59,330 nucleotides of DNA from a virus (Duplodnaviria; Caudoviricetes). A model generated the notes under the pieces. That model did no database searches, was not told the DNA's origin, and worked only from the letters and a program-made list of their open reading frames with translations. The position numbers and the translations under genes were made by a program. Location of the stretch: positions 1-59,330 of the IMG/VR virus record IMGVR_UViG_3300017747_003223. The stretch is one strand, 5' to 3'. Below are positions 38,671 to 50,783 of this stretch, piece after piece. Numbering within the stretch: the first letter of the stretch is position 1; every line of letters begins with the position of its first letter.

Positions 38671-40866
38671 TTACTCCTTGTAACGTATCAGTATCATACC
38701 CCTGCTGAGTGGGAAGTCGAACGGAATCAACCCCGGATAGTGGGCCAGCACCTTCTTGAACTGCTCATAGAAGGTAGCCGTCCTCTCGTCGGGCAGTCCC
38801 GTCTTTCGATGAATCCTCAGCGGACTCGTATCATGGATCGCAATGAGAGCCCCCTCAGCAATCATGTTCGCGTCCAGCATGGCTTGGAGTTCTTGAGCCC
38901 GCTGTTCGAGTTCCGTATCAATGAACACCATTTCAAACTGGGGCCCATCATAGTTCTCGATGAAGTTGAACACATCCTCAGCTACTACAACGTGCCCACT
39001 CAGCCCGTAGGAGTCCAGCTTGTGGGCGAGGCACTTAGCCTTCACGGTATCCTTCTCGATGCTCACCACGGAGCCGAACCCATTCCTCTGCATGGCCATC
39101 GCCATCGACAGAGTACCGCTGCCGTTCCATGCCCCCGTTTCGAGAACAAGGCGGGGCTTCTGCACCCTAACAAGAGCACTGAGGAGTTCGAGATATTCGA
39201 TCTCGGTCGATTGACTATCCTCTGCCTTGAAGAGTTCTGCCTTCTCCAAAGGAACATGGGGATGCACATCAGCTTCATTACGCACGGCGGGACCCGTATA
39301 CACCATGGGGACACCATCTCCTAGTTTGGTAAACCATTGATACACTTCGCGGAGCATCTCGGTTGGTGTGATGCTCATTAGGGCCCGGCACCCCGCATCA
39401 CAGATGTTAGAGAAGCCCCGGCGTGCATCGAACGAACAGTCAACACAACCACACCTATCCGGGCTAACTTGTACCACCTTCACATGATCCCCCATGCCCT
39501 CATAGCATTTAGATTCAGGGCCCATCATGATAAGGGTAGGTACCCCAAGAGTAGCAGCAATCACGCTGGGACCACTGCTCACACAAATAACCAGATCAGA
39601 GGCTAACATTATAGCCATGATCTCTTCCAAAGTCCTCCCCCACATCGAATGGGGAAACTGAGGCTGGCTATCAGTGAGCCAGTGCTGTTGACCCTCTTCC
39701 ACCATCGTGAGGGCCCCGATCCCAATAGCTTCCAGCCGGAGGGCAAGGTCTACAAAATGCCCACGGGGCCAGTTCCTCGTATTGTAATAGGAAAGGGGGA
39801 AGAGGGTTACCATCCTCCTCGTACCATTCCTCGTGATCCCCTTCTTGATCTTGGCGGCCTTCTCCAACGCTTCCTGACCCAGCGTGAAGGTAGGCCGGAT
39901 AGCCGTCGTCGGAATAGGTAACAGCTTGCCACGGAACTCCAATCTCCCCGTCTGCCCAAAGTCATGGTGCCGCTCTTGTTGGCAAATGTGGTCGTAGTTC
40001 TCAGGCCAGCATCCTCCCGCCGTCTTCGCTAGCTTGTGCCCAGCCAACTGGATCAGGTCCTTGAAGGGTTTGCGGCCCGCAAAGAACTCCACATCTACTC
40101 CTTGCTTCCTCAACCCCTCAGCAAACCACAGGAAGTAGATGATATCGCCCATGCCCCCAGCCTCTGTGTTCAGCTTGATCCATTGCTGAACAAACTCACG
40201 GGGAGGTCCCTCTTCAGAATTGCTGAAGCCATTCCTCTTTCTCGGGCACTCCAAGTAAGGGTAGTCTAGTTTGGTGTATCCTTCGCCCCCCAATCGGGCA
40301 ATCTCAACTTCGCCACAGCCACACGCACCACAGAAGTAGAAGTTCGACCCCCTCATTAAGGACGGGCAGGGATCTTCGCGGCGAACACCATCGAGGGTAG
40401 TCCCAAAGCAGGAAACATGCCTCGCCCCCTTGATGGTTAGGTCCACCTTCTTCCCGGTGATCCCCTTGGACAGCATTGACTTCACAAAGGCTTCGGCCAT
40501 CTCCCAAGTCGGCAGTACCTTGGCCCATGTCTTCTTCCTCTCTTTAAGGAATTCGTAATCGGGCTGACCCTCAATGGAGAGCTTCTGTTCGGGGGTTATT
40601 CCCGTCCACGTCAACAACGCCTTCATTGCATCAGGATTACCATTGCCCTTCACGGCAATCATCTTAGCCCTGATACGATCTTCCTTCTCCTTACGAAACG
40701 CATCCCCTTCCTTGCTGCCATAACCCCCCAATAGATAGCACTGGTCGCAGACCTCCATCGAACAACCATGCTTCCACCCAAGAGATTGGCTCATCGCCCG
40801 GCACTGTCCTGGTGCCCTTTGAGAGCAATCTAACGCTCGGCTCAGTTCTCGTTGATCCATACCCAA
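38671..40866 (-). CDS. Cys-rich N-domain + GT9 (heptosyltransferase-like) glycosyltransferase + class I SAM methyltransferase
   Basis: GGMGD, RNWP..HF..LA, SDLVICVSSGP..IAA.LGVPTL..MGP and CxxC..C..C; then VLETGAWNG, VFID and HDT. Confidence 0.82.
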   Translation of the reverse strand: MGMDQRELSRALDCSQRAPGQCRAMSQSLGWKHGCSMEVCDQCYLLGGYGSKEGDAFRKEKEDRIRAKMIAVKGNGNPDAMKALLTWTGITPEQKLSIEGQPDYEFLKERKKTWAKVLPTWEMAEAFVKSMLSKGITGKKVDLTIKGARHVSCFGTTLDGVRREDPCPSLMRGSNFYFCGACGCGEVEIARLGGEGYTKLDYPYLECPRKRNGFSNSEEGPPREFVQQWIKLNTEAGGMGDIIYFLWFAEGLRKQGVDVEFFAGRKPFKDLIQLAGHKLAKTAGGCWPENYDHICQQERHHDFGQTGRLEFRGKLLPIPTTAIRPTFTLGQEALEKAAKIKKGITRNGTRRMVTLFPLSYYNTRNWPRGHFVDLALRLEAIGIGALTMVEEGQQHWLTDSQPQFPHSMWGRTLEEIMAIMLASDLVICVSSGPSVIAATLGVPTLIMMGPESKCYEGMGDHVKVVQVSPDRCGCVDCSFDARRGFSNICDAGCRALMSITPTEMLREVYQWFTKLGDGVPMVYTGPAVRNEADVHPHVPLEKAELFKAEDSQSTEIEYLELLSALVRVQKPRLVLETGAWNGSGTLSMAMAMQRNGFGSVVSIEKDTVKAKCLAHKLDSYGLSGHVVVAEDVFNFIENYDGPQFEMVFIDTELEQRAQELQAMLDANMIAEGALIAIHDTSPLRIHRKTGLPDERTATFYEQFKKVLAHYPGLIPFDFPLSRGMILIRYKE

Positions 40867-40875
40867 GTTACCTCA

Positions 40876-41712
<837 letters not shown>

Positions 41713-41714
41713 TG

Positions 41715-42614
41715 TTACTCGAACGCAATGGTTGAAAGAGGATTGTCGATGGTGTTCCGTTCCACCACCTTGGGTACACGTTCCTGCATGGCGAACAACG
41801 TATCCCTGAGCGTCTTCATGTCATTCGCATACTGCTCTTTGAGCATCCCGTAGTGAGAGCCCGTCACCTTCCTTCCTGTAGCAAGTCTCAGAGCGGCCCC
41901 ACTTGCGATGGCTCCCCAAAACGGCAGCGTCCAACCGGGCACCACCTCATAGATGATGCCGGTCGCAGCAGTTAGAGTAGGTAGAGGTAATCGGAGAGTG
42001 GCATCCCTCGTCACTGCATCATACGTGGCGATGATCCGCTCGGCGTGGTAGCGGGAGGGATCAAGCACCCTCAGCATACATCCCACATACTCATTCTCAT
42101 TCCTGCCCATGAGCCCCATCGCGGGAGCCGCACTGAGATTGAGTTGGGTGGGGGTAGTCACGAACGACGCCGTGCCATCCGTGGCATAGTGCATATTAAC
42201 AAAACCGCTGGGCACATACCAAATCTCCAACTCCACATCCTCCGAAGGAAGGGGGGTGAAGCGGATGGTGTTACCCTCGATGACCCAGCCCGGTCCATTC
42301 CTATGGAACTCGTTCTTGGGCACCCAATCATACGTGATGTTCCCGTCATCATCCTTCTCGATGAGACGCACCACAGATTGGATATAGGAGGGCAGCAGAT
42401 AGAACTCTGTGCCCTGTGCGACGTTGATGACGAAGCGGGCATACACCCGCGTATCCGACAACCCATTGATCCTGCTCAGCATGTTGCCCATCTGCTGGCA
42501 CAGCACTGTCCGCGTCAAGTACGAGTCATCGTACTTCGCATCCAGTGAGGCCTCATTGAGCAACAGCCTTACGTCTTCAATGGCAGTCCTGATATACGAA
42601 CCGCTGGGGTGCAT
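41715..42614 (-). CDS. head-tail adaptor / tail tubular A-like protein
   Basis: YLLPS...[13 protein letters not shown].....IWY pattern of podoviral adaptors; downstream of capsid. Confidence 0.6.
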   Translation of the reverse strand: MHPSGSYIRTAIEDVRLLLNEASLDAKYDDSYLTRTVLCQQMGNMLSRINGLSDTRVYARFVINVAQGTEFYLLPSYIQSVVRLIEKDDDGNITYDWVPKNEFHRNGPGWVIEGNTIRFTPLPSEDVELEIWYVPSGFVNMHYATDGTASFVTTPTQLNLSAAPAMGLMGRNENEYVGCMLRVLDPSRYHAERIIATYDAVTRDATLRLPLPTLTAATGIIYEVVPGWTLPFWGAIASGAALRLATGRKVTGSHYGMLKEQYANDMKTLRDTLFAMQERVPKVVERNTIDNPLSTIAFE

Positions 42615-43180
42615 GGCTTCATTACCTCCACCATCTGGTCCATCAACTCCTTGCCGCCTTCACGCCGCCCAACAAAGGGTAGCTCGCCGCTCAGGATCTT
42701 GTTGGCGACTTCGGCCATCTTGGTGCCCTTGCCCATAAGCCACTTCGCCGTTTCCTTCTTCTCGATCTCCGTCTCCTCTTCGCCCATCATCTCTTCGTAG
42801 GCCTCAGCCTTCAACTTGTCGTCATACTGCTTGAACATCTCCCCCATGGGCTGGCATCGAGACTTCACATAGGCCATGCTGGGCCTATCATTCCCATACT
42901 GGCTCAGCCTCTTCCAATCATAATGATCGGGATGCTGGTTCATGGTCTCAAGCTCTACGATGAGGCCCGGCCCCTTACCGGTGTTGGGCTTCACGGCCCA
43001 TATCCCCAGCACATAGGTCCTATGCCGTCGATGGTAGTAGAGAAGGAGGTCCGGCCTTCCCGTCATCCTTCTTGCCGTATTGATCCAGTGGGTCTCAACA
43101 AGCTGATGGATGCCGGGATGATACATGGTACCCCCGGTTGTATAAAGTCGAACGACCTCATCAGAAACCATCTTCACCAT
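42569..43180 (-). CDS. hypothetical protein
   Basis: Start placed at 43180, after the capsid terminator. Confidence 0.6.
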   Translation of the reverse strand: MVKMVSDEVVRLYTTGGTMYHPGIHQLVETHWINTARRMTGRPDLLLYYHRRHRTYVLGIWAVKPNTGKGPGLIVELETMNQHPDHYDWKRLSQYGNDRPSMAYVKSRCQPMGEMFKQYDDKLKAEAYEEMMGEEETEIEKKETAKWLMGKGTKMAEVANKILSGELPFVGRREGGKELMDQMVEVMKPCTPAVRISGLPLKT

Positions 43181-43196
43181 GTCCAAGCTCCCAAGT

Positions 43197-43231
43197 AAAA
43201 ATAACGGACCGGGATTTCTCCCGGTCCATTG
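43197..43231 (-). terminator. intrinsic terminator after capsid gene
   Basis: GGACCGGGA-GAAA-TCCCGGTCC followed by GTTATTTTT on the minus strand. Confidence 0.75.
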
Positions 43232-43263
43232 TACCCGCATTCTAGAGACCAATCCACTAAGGA

Positions 43264-44913
43264 TTAGCTGGAAGGATCGCTGTTGATCCGCTCCTCAGTG
43301 ATGCTGACCAGCTTGAGGCCACGCACCTGCTTCTCGGGCACCAGCGTCATCCTCAGATGGCCGGGCATCTGGCTCGCCTCGGTCAACTGACCGTTCGAGT
43401 AGATGGGCCACCGGGTCGTGTTGAGACCCGTGATGGAGGGGACGAGGAACTCGAAAGGCACGCCCGGCTCGGCACCCGGCAGACCCTGTGCCCCCGGAGT
43501 GGAGGGCGGGGTATAGCGGGTCCAGTTACCCTGACGACGGTAACCGATGAGCGAGCCGTATTCCATCCAGCGGCTGACCCACAGCTTGTGGGGCTTGCCG
43601 TTGTGGTGATGGACCATGCCCGCCCCATCCTCACCTTCCATGCTGAGGCTCGACAGCCTCCCGGTGCGGTCCAGAATAGCCCGTGCTTCCTTCTGTGCCG
43701 CAGCCGCACGGATAACACCCTGGGTGGTCACCAGAGTATCAATGAAGTGCCCATCATCCTCGAAGGCCTCGGTCACCCTGTCGAGGTAGAGGTTGAGACG
43801 ATGCTCAGTGAGGACGGCACCCACGCTCTTGTAGAACGACATGAACGCGGGGAACGCTTCCACGTCGATGATGCCGCTGCCTACCGTACCGAGGGCTTCC
43901 GCACCGAGCAGACGCTTCTCAGCCGTGGTGCTACCACCGAACTTGAGCCACGAGTGGATACCGGGGATATCCACGAAGGCCGCACCACCAACGGTGCTGT
44001 TCGCCCACACCACATAGCTGTCGCTGGCAAGCTGACCGGCAGTGAGGGAACCAGTGCCCTGAAACTTGCCAATCGCAACCGCCGGGTCGAACTGGATGAT
44101 GACCCAGCCCTGCAACTTGTTGACAGCCGTGATGAAGGCCTTGACACGGGTGGAGAAAGTCTGACCAGCCCCGTCACTCGCCTGCGGGCCACCCGCCGTC
44201 ACGTTGGTGTCGTTCATCCGCACCGGCGTACCAGTGTAGTCACGGAAAACGTCCACCCGGTCACCCACGGCGAAGCGGCCCACGGCCTTGTTCGTCGGGA
44301 AGAACTTGATGGTACGGGTGGTATCCGTACTCACGTAGGGGTCCGTGCCGGTACTGGCACCCAGCCCAGCCAGCCGATAGTTCTCGGTCTGGCTGACATA
44401 CCACGAAGAACAAAGCCTTCGGGAGATGTTGCGGGCGAAGGCCACCATCCTCGGGGCCGTGATCTGGCCGATGACGGCGGGCAGGGCCTCGGCCTGCTTC
44501 TCCGCAAGGGTCATCTTGAGGTTCGTCATGATGGACCGCATCGGAACACGGAGGGTTAGCGGGAGGCCGCTGGGGTCCTCAAGGGCATCAGGCAGGGTCC
44601 TAGAGGCCCCCGTGATACCCAGCACAGCCTGTGCAGCCGTGGTGTTGTAGGCGACATGGCTATCATCGCCGAACGTGGTCCAGTCCATCCTCGGGCTACC
44701 ACTCTCGATCACGCCCGCCGTAGCGTGCATGAAGATCTTCTGAAGTTCCATACCACGCCCGAGAGCATCAACGCCCCCGACACCGGTGGAACTCAGGGCG
44801 GTCTCCCGCCAAACCGGATCAGCCTGCATGAGGAAGACTTCGATAGCCTTGCTCAGCCGCTCCTCGATCCTCTTCTGTTGAACGTCGAACAGACTGTTCA
44901 CTGTAGCTGCCAT
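43264..44913 (-). CDS. major capsid protein (putative)
   Basis: 549 aa after portal and scaffold; AGGAG SD; biased codons; strong terminator downstream. Confidence 0.7.
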   Translation of the reverse strand: MAATVNSLFDVQQKRIEERLSKAIEVFLMQADPVWRETALSSTGVGGVDALGRGMELQKIFMHATAGVIESGSPRMDWTTFGDDSHVAYNTTAAQAVLGITGASRTLPDALEDPSGLPLTLRVPMRSIMTNLKMTLAEKQAEALPAVIGQITAPRMVAFARNISRRLCSSWYVSQTENYRLAGLGASTGTDPYVSTDTTRTIKFFPTNKAVGRFAVGDRVDVFRDYTGTPVRMNDTNVTAGGPQASDGAGQTFSTRVKAFITAVNKLQGWVIIQFDPAVAIGKFQGTGSLTAGQLASDSYVVWANSTVGGAAFVDIPGIHSWLKFGGSTTAEKRLLGAEALGTVGSGIIDVEAFPAFMSFYKSVGAVLTEHRLNLYLDRVTEAFEDDGHFIDTLVTTQGVIRAAAAQKEARAILDRTGRLSSLSMEGEDGAGMVHHHNGKPHKLWVSRWMEYGSLIGYRRQGNWTRYTPPSTPGAQGLPGAEPGVPFEFLVPSITGLNTTRWPIYSNGQLTEASQMPGHLRMTLVPEKQVRGLKLVSITEERINSDPSS

Positions 44914-44958
44914 AGATCATACTCCTGCTTGGGTAACCCCATCCATATAGGGGGGCTA

Positions 44959-45918
44959 CTAGATTTTGCTTCCTGCCGTCATGGAATCCACTTCCTCTGC
45001 GGCTCTGGACAGGTCATCGGTAAACCAGTCCGTGATTTGCTTCTCCAACCCACCCACCGTCGATTCTTCCGTCCACACGGGAGCCTTGACGGGGGGCTTG
45101 CGATTGGCCGAGTACGATCCGTTGCTTGTTTCCGTGCCCCGTCCAAGAGCGGAGGGGTCTCCGATTACCGCAGCGAACTGTTCAACGACTTCTGGCACTG
45201 CCCTGCCCATTTCCTCACCGATCCAGTCTTCGGACAGGCTCTCGCCCGTTCGTGCCATCCGTTCCCTAAACTTCCCGAGAACCGCCTGAGTCAAGTTGTT
45301 CTTGAGGGCGTCCCGAGCCTTGCCTGCCTTGTCCGCTCCTTGGAGACGGGTTGCAGCCTTCAAAAGTGTAGCAACACCCGTATGAGTGTCAAGCACCTTA
45401 CTGATTTCCTTCTCGAAGCGATCATTCAGCCGCTGCCGCTTGTTGCCCCTCAACTCGGCCTCGGCCAACTCCAACCGCCGCTCAACCGCACTCTGGTTGC
45501 TGTTGTTAGACGGGGTAGGTGTATCCTGTTGCACGTTACCCTCCTCCTGTTCCACCACGCCCTTGACGTTCACGTTCACCCACTCATCAATCTGCTGTCG
45601 ATTGTATCCCAGCTTAGCCAGAGAAAGGCGGGCATTCTTCTCCCGCTCGGCTTCGGGCACCGTGGCATCCAGCACTCGACCGACCGCTCCTTGAAACTCG
45701 TCGGCCTCCGCCGCCTTACTCAGAGCAGCCTGCAACTGTTCCGGGGTGTACTCCTTACCGTTCACGACCACCTTCTTGTTACCTTCATCAGGGGCAGGAG
45801 CGGCAATGGGGGCCGCACCATCGCCAGCCGCTTCACCCGCATCGGGGTGCATCAGAGTACCGCTCATCCCAATGAGGCCCCTCTGAACGCCCAAGAACGC
45901 TGATCCATTCGTCTTCAT
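44959..45918 (-). CDS. capsid scaffolding protein (putative)
   Basis: Helical and acidic; VVVNGKEYT motif; lies between portal and capsid. Confidence 0.55.
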   Translation of the reverse strand: MKTNGSAFLGVQRGLIGMSGTLMHPDAGEAAGDGAAPIAAPAPDEGNKKVVVNGKEYTPEQLQAALSKAAEADEFQGAVGRVLDATVPEAEREKNARLSLAKLGYNRQQIDEWVNVNVKGVVEQEEGNVQQDTPTPSNNSNQSAVERRLELAEAELRGNKRQRLNDRFEKEISKVLDTHTGVATLLKAATRLQGADKAGKARDALKNNLTQAVLGKFRERMARTGESLSEDWIGEEMGRAVPEVVEQFAAVIGDPSALGRGTETSNGSYSANRKPPVKAPVWTEESTVGGLEKQITDWFTDDLSRAAEEVDSMTAGSKI

Positions 45919-45928
45919 AGTCTTCCTT

Positions 45929-47944
45929 TTATGAGCCCATCATCTGTGGAGGAAGGGCCTGTACTGCTGCTTGCTGACCCTGCATACCCGCAGCCAAGTC
46001 ATCAGGGTTGAACGGCATCGCATCGGGCAGCGTCCGTCCGGTCTCACCGATCAAGAATTCCCGATACGCAATGAACTCATCTTTCACATCCACGCTCGCC
46101 ACCTTCATCTTAATGCTACCCATGAAGGAGTCAAGCCACATCAACTGAATCTCGGGCCGTACAAAGTGCTTATTCTCTTCCAACTCGCCCGGCGTGATCC
46201 CATCATTATACAGAGTGAGGAGGTTCCTGACAATAGTGGCCTGTGCCGATTCCTGCACACCCAGCCACAACGGCAGATCCCACCCCTCCTCAATCGACTT
46301 CATCAGTAGCTGAGTAGGACTACCGATACCTACCTTCACCAGCTCTAGGGCTTCCAACTTACGCTGGGCTACACTGCGGGCACCCGCCATTGCCGGCCTA
46401 CATGTCAGCCTACTCATGGTCGGCAGGGGGTTCTCAGGGAACTTGACTACCTCGTTCTCCCAATCAATCACCACTCCAGCTAGATCGAGGGTGAGGCTAC
46501 CAACGGGAAGCTGGCCGGGATTCTCCGTAACCAGTTGGGCCCCCTTGGCAATCGCAGCCTTATACATCTGCCCAAACGCCCTCACCACACCCCTAGTAGG
46601 ACTGGTCATTGCCCTATCTGCTTGCTCCTGCAAGAAGGCCAGGCCGCTCTGGCTGTCCACCCTGCCCTTCTCACGGATAACATCAGTAAGAGGACTGAGA
46701 GCATCATAATACTGCTTGGCATAGACGGCAGCCTTTGTCCAAGAATCTCCTACTTGGTTAGGTTGAACGATGAAGGGACGCATACCAGAATCGGTCATGG
46801 AGTCAGGTTCCAACCCCAACACCCTCAACCCCTTGCCCACATCCCGCAGGGTCTGGTTCACCTGATAGCTACCTTGTGGTACGACCAGATAGCCATAACG
46901 CTCCCTATCCACCACCTCATTGAAGAGACCCTTGTTCATCGTCTCTAGACTGCGTGCCGTGGAGAACATCACATGATAGGCACCAGCCCCATACCACGTT
47001 CCATTCTCCATGAACCTCGCATACCCAATAGGGGTATAGACTTCCAATCCGCTGTAGTCATCATCTTGGATGACTGTCAGCCCCGATATGCAGACCTTCC
47101 GCGTACAAGTGCCACGGGGGCCATCCAGCCACACTTCCCGTAGCCTCACGTACCCGGTGATCTCTTGGTCGGCTTTGAGGGCCTCAATGCCAATAGTGTT
47201 ATTCGCATTGAGCCCCTCACTGCCCCACCATCCCGCCGTCGCACTTCCACCGCCTACCTCTTCGGGGTCCTGTCCCGTCTCCACCTTGAACCAGTACATC
47301 CTCTCAAGGTTATCACGGACCCACTTCTTCCCCTTGGGGGCCTTCCGCTCCAACTCCGTCACAGTCATGTAGTATTCACGGCCAATCCCCCTCACCTTGG
47401 TTAGGTCCATCCCAATAGAAGGGAAGGGGATCAGTTCTTGAGGATGAACAACTTCCAGATCAGCACTAAGGCCCATACTATTAGGACCCCCCTCAACATG
47501 GGCCATGAGACCGCAGCTACCCAAGCTGATGAAGATATGCAGGAATTGGGGACTAATCCGCCGAATGTCGTCCTCGGAGAACATAGCGTTCGAGAGTACC
47601 TGTCCAACGGCTCCCTCCCTCACCGCCCTAAGAGAGTTCATGGGCGTCTGCACTTTGCACCGGAGATCATAGCTGTCCATGTATCCGGCAATCTGGTCAA
47701 TGGTCCGCAATAGATCGGACCCCTGAAACTCCATCTTCCCTTCACGATCAGTCGTGTAGGCCTTGACCGCACCCGTCATCAGATCAACCACATCGAATCT
47801 ACGTGCCCCCGCGAGATACTCCCACACCACCCTGAACATGGTGGTCTGAGCCATCGTCCGCATCCTCTCCCTATCGAAGTGCTTGTTGATAACATTAGCC
47901 AATGACCGTTCAATCGTGGGGAGGATAACATCACTGGCTGGCAT
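45929..47944 (-). CDS. portal protein (putative)
   Basis: 671 aa downstream of TerL; G.VDSQSG...LQEQA segment and Q-rich C-terminus as in P22-like portals. Confidence 0.65.
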   Translation of the reverse strand: MPASDVILPTIERSLANVINKHFDRERMRTMAQTTMFRVVWEYLAGARRFDVVDLMTGAVKAYTTDREGKMEFQGSDLLRTIDQIAGYMDSYDLRCKVQTPMNSLRAVREGAVGQVLSNAMFSEDDIRRISPQFLHIFISLGSCGLMAHVEGGPNSMGLSADLEVVHPQELIPFPSIGMDLTKVRGIGREYYMTVTELERKAPKGKKWVRDNLERMYWFKVETGQDPEEVGGGSATAGWWGSEGLNANNTIGIEALKADQEITGYVRLREVWLDGPRGTCTRKVCISGLTVIQDDDYSGLEVYTPIGYARFMENGTWYGAGAYHVMFSTARSLETMNKGLFNEVVDRERYGYLVVPQGSYQVNQTLRDVGKGLRVLGLEPDSMTDSGMRPFIVQPNQVGDSWTKAAVYAKQYYDALSPLTDVIREKGRVDSQSGLAFLQEQADRAMTSPTRGVVRAFGQMYKAAIAKGAQLVTENPGQLPVGSLTLDLAGVVIDWENEVVKFPENPLPTMSRLTCRPAMAGARSVAQRKLEALELVKVGIGSPTQLLMKSIEEGWDLPLWLGVQESAQATIVRNLLTLYNDGITPGELEENKHFVRPEIQLMWLDSFMGSIKMKVASVDVKDEFIAYREFLIGETGRTLPDAMPFNPDDLAAGMQGQQAAVQALPPQMMGS

Positions 47945-47947
47945 GGT

Positions 47948-48337
47948 TTATTCCTTCGTTACAGCAGTAGTAGGAGTCCTCGATGCCGGACTCATTTGCT
48001 TGATCCAATCACTCGCAGCCGCCCCCATCGGAGTTGAACCAGAGGGTATACGGGCTTGCAGTTCCCGTAGGGCCTGCCGTCTCGCGTCATCCAACCTTCG
48101 GCCCTCGTCCTCAGTGATCTCGGGTTCCGGGTTGAATGCCTTCTCCATCCTATCCGAGGCCCCCACCGTTTCCTCGAACGTCCTCTCCTTGGGCTTGGGG
48201 GTGGGCAATCCCTTCGCCTCCCAATGATTCGGTCCACCACCATAGTAGCACGCGGCCATCCGCTCGTACAGGGACACCGGGATAACAATAGACGGGATTC
48301 CACCCACTCTCAACGGCTGCTCGATTTCATTGCTCAT
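47948..48337 (-). CDS. hypothetical protein
   Basis: Coupled ORF between TerL and portal. Confidence 0.6.
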   Translation of the reverse strand: MSNEIEQPLRVGGIPSIVIPVSLYERMAACYYGGGPNHWEAKGLPTPKPKERTFEETVGASDRMEKAFNPEPEITEDEGRRLDDARRQALRELQARIPSGSTPMGAAASDWIKQMSPASRTPTTAVTKE

Positions 48338-50394
48338 ATAAAGTTCCCCTTGGGATTGGCATTCCTTACCAACCTCATCATCTCTACCAAGTCCCCTACC
48401 TTCATGTTGTTGATATCGAGGCTGTAGGCAAGTGGATTACCCATATCATCCACCACCTTACCCTGCCCCATAAGAGTTACAACATCCTTAGTGTCGCTAG
48501 GTTGATCCTCCCCCCTATAAGCTCGACGCCCCTTCACAAACTCGCTCATGCTCACCGTGTCGATATGGTCATCATTAGCAAGGCCACCATCTGGCACATC
48601 CGGGTTGAATCCTTCGATCTGGTCGAACAAATCCACCCATGGCTTCCTCATCCTCATAAAGAAGGGCAGCTTAATCTTTCCATGCTCAAACCTAGTGAAC
48701 AACGCCCCGATCTTCGAGTTCTTGTCAGCCCAGCCGGGATTGAACCCATCAATCACGGGAAGCTGTTGTAGGTTGTAACCAAGGTCAGCCTTCCTCTTCA
48801 CCTCATTCTTCAAGCTACGTGCCAGCGTAATGCCGTCATCAATCATCTCGGGGCACACCAGCTTACAACGCCACTTCCCCGTCATCTCAAAGATGGACTG
48901 CATCAGCTTCTCAGGGTGTACCTTACCGGCCCACATATCCAGCACAAACAGGTCGTGCTGCTTGTTCTCGCCCATCAGGGTACATACCTTAAAGTCCGAA
49001 TCTGGCTTGGCCGTCTTGCTCGTATCCACCGTGGTAAACATCTTGAGGGATGCGAGGAAGTCCTTAGCCTCCATGCTCCTCTCCTCCTCACCGCTTCTCC
49101 ACTTGATGAGGGTCTTACTCTTCCATGGAGCCGTAGCCCACTCCTCATCTATACTACTTTGGAGTATCCACCAAGAATGCTTATGTTCATCCAGCTTGAA
49201 GTAATTATCATCATCATGGCCTGGATTGGCCATCATCTCGCTGTTGAAGTTATTGCTGCCAATGATCTTCCGAATGTAGGTGAGGGTCTTCGTAGACGGA
49301 TCAAGCCCCAGCCTTTCCTTCTCATCGTCATCCACGGGCCACATATGGGGCCACACGCTCACCAGCTTACCATCCACTTCCTTGCAAGCCTTGATGACCC
49401 GCCTCTCCCAATAATCGAACTCAGGCACCTTGGCCCGTTCAACAATCTTCCCATTCTCCACAACCTTCTCAGTCTCCATGGCCAGCCACGCATAGTGCCG
49501 CTTGCTAACAAACGTGGCCAACCAACTCAGCCTTGTCTGAGCCCTATTCAACATGGGCATGGCAATCTTGAAGATGAGCCTATACATATAGCTCCTCCTC
49601 TCAGCCAGACTGGTGGAAGCATGGGGATCATACTCGGGATCGTCAAGTGCGAACCAGCGGGGCCTACCACCCCTCATCTTAGAATTGACCGAGTAAGTAG
49701 CCAACTGGCTACCATTAGCAAGCTGGAACCACTCCAATCCCGTAGGAGCATCGCCCCTCTTCGGCCTAATCAGCCCATCCATCATCTCAGGACGCCAATC
49801 ATCCTGAATCCGGGGGTTCGTATAAAGCTGACCCCTCACCAACTGAGCCGTCTCAGTGGCATTCTTTTCACTGCTCGTACAGTAGAGAATCTTATAGACG
49901 GGGCACGTCAACATGTACAGGATGGCGGCCTTCCTGAACAACATGCTCTTGGCACTACCACGGGGAGCCACATCCAGTGTAGAGGGGCTGATAGCCCATC
50001 CCCTGATGATATCCCAATGGAAAGAGGGTGTTTCCAGTGGGTCCATGTCGTAGAACATGGGATCGAATCCCACCTCATTATCAGGATGCAGGTACCACTG
50101 ATCGAAGAACCTAAGCGAGGCAACCATGGCCTCCGCCCTATACATGTCTACCAGTGCCCCCTTATCGACACTGTTGAGGCGGTCCCATGTCGGGGTGACC
50201 TGCCTCATTTGAGTAGCGGCTTCCTCCCTAGAAACTCGCCACTGCTGGCACGCATTCACCCGTGCCATCCTCACGATATCCCTCTCACCCTCCGTAGTGG
50301 CGTTGGCGACCATCTCCAAATAATTGGGGGGCAACGGATACAACTCGTTGCCGTGCCACAACCTAGTCGGGATGGTCACCAACTCCCCGCTCAT
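48334..50394 (-). CDS. terL: terminase large subunit
   Basis: APRGSAKS Walker A, RGGRP...LDD Walker B; nuclease VDT...DF...NDDHID. Confidence 0.9.
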   Translation of the reverse strand: MSGELVTIPTRLWHGNELYPLPPNYLEMVANATTEGERDIVRMARVNACQQWRVSREEAATQMRQVTPTWDRLNSVDKGALVDMYRAEAMVASLRFFDQWYLHPDNEVGFDPMFYDMDPLETPSFHWDIIRGWAISPSTLDVAPRGSAKSMLFRKAAILYMLTCPVYKILYCTSSEKNATETAQLVRGQLYTNPRIQDDWRPEMMDGLIRPKRGDAPTGLEWFQLANGSQLATYSVNSKMRGGRPRWFALDDPEYDPHASTSLAERRSYMYRLIFKIAMPMLNRAQTRLSWLATFVSKRHYAWLAMETEKVVENGKIVERAKVPEFDYWERRVIKACKEVDGKLVSVWPHMWPVDDDEKERLGLDPSTKTLTYIRKIIGSNNFNSEMMANPGHDDDNYFKLDEHKHSWWILQSSIDEEWATAPWKSKTLIKWRSGEEERSMEAKDFLASLKMFTTVDTSKTAKPDSDFKVCTLMGENKQHDLFVLDMWAGKVHPEKLMQSIFEMTGKWRCKLVCPEMIDDGITLARSLKNEVKRKADLGYNLQQLPVIDGFNPGWADKNSKIGALFTRFEHGKIKLPFFMRMRKPWVDLFDQIEGFNPDVPDGGLANDDHIDTVSMSEFVKGRRAYRGEDQPSDTKDVVTLMGQGKVVDDMGNPLAYSLDINNMKVGDLVEMMRLVRNANPKGNFI

Positions 50395-50783
50395 GCGAGG
50401 GCCTTCCGCCAGTACAGCCGCTGGATAGCCATCCTAATCAGCACGACCCCCAACTCGGCCTCATTCTCCCTCAGATATCGCCCCGCGTCCCTCACCAGTG
50501 CCATCGCCAGCTTGTGGTACTCGGGCCTCAACGCTCCCTGTGCGTCCCCCATCTCCTGCTTCAACTCCCTCCACAGGTCCAAGATGCCCCCCTTGTACCA
50601 TCCCAGCACGTCCGTTATCAGCAGGTCCTGTAGCCCCCTCGCCGCCTTCGCCACCCAAGTCTCTGCGTCCCACTGGCTGCTGATTAAATCCCAGCAGCGA
50701 TTCACTTGTAATCGCCTCCTCTTCTCCTCGTCGGGCTCTCTTGACGTTGTTGGTGCTGTCGTCGTTGCTGCTGTCGCGTTCAT
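50391..50783 (-). CDS. hypothetical protein
   Basis: Helical ORF coupled (ATGA) to terL; overlaps the upstream gene's tail. Confidence 0.55.
   Translation of the reverse strand: MNATAATTTAPTTSREPDEEKRRRLQVNRCWDLISSQWDAETWVAKAARGLQDLLITDVLGWYKGGILDLWRELKQEMGDAQGALRPEYHKLAMALVRDAGRYLRENEAELGVVLIRMAIQRLYWRKALA

Noticed and set aside
37642-39324. 560-aa + strand ORF and similar long antisense ORFs (27410-28564, 43357-44559, 44656-45903, 15293-16462)
   Set aside because: They lie opposite well-supported genes and have shadow-like composition with no motifs
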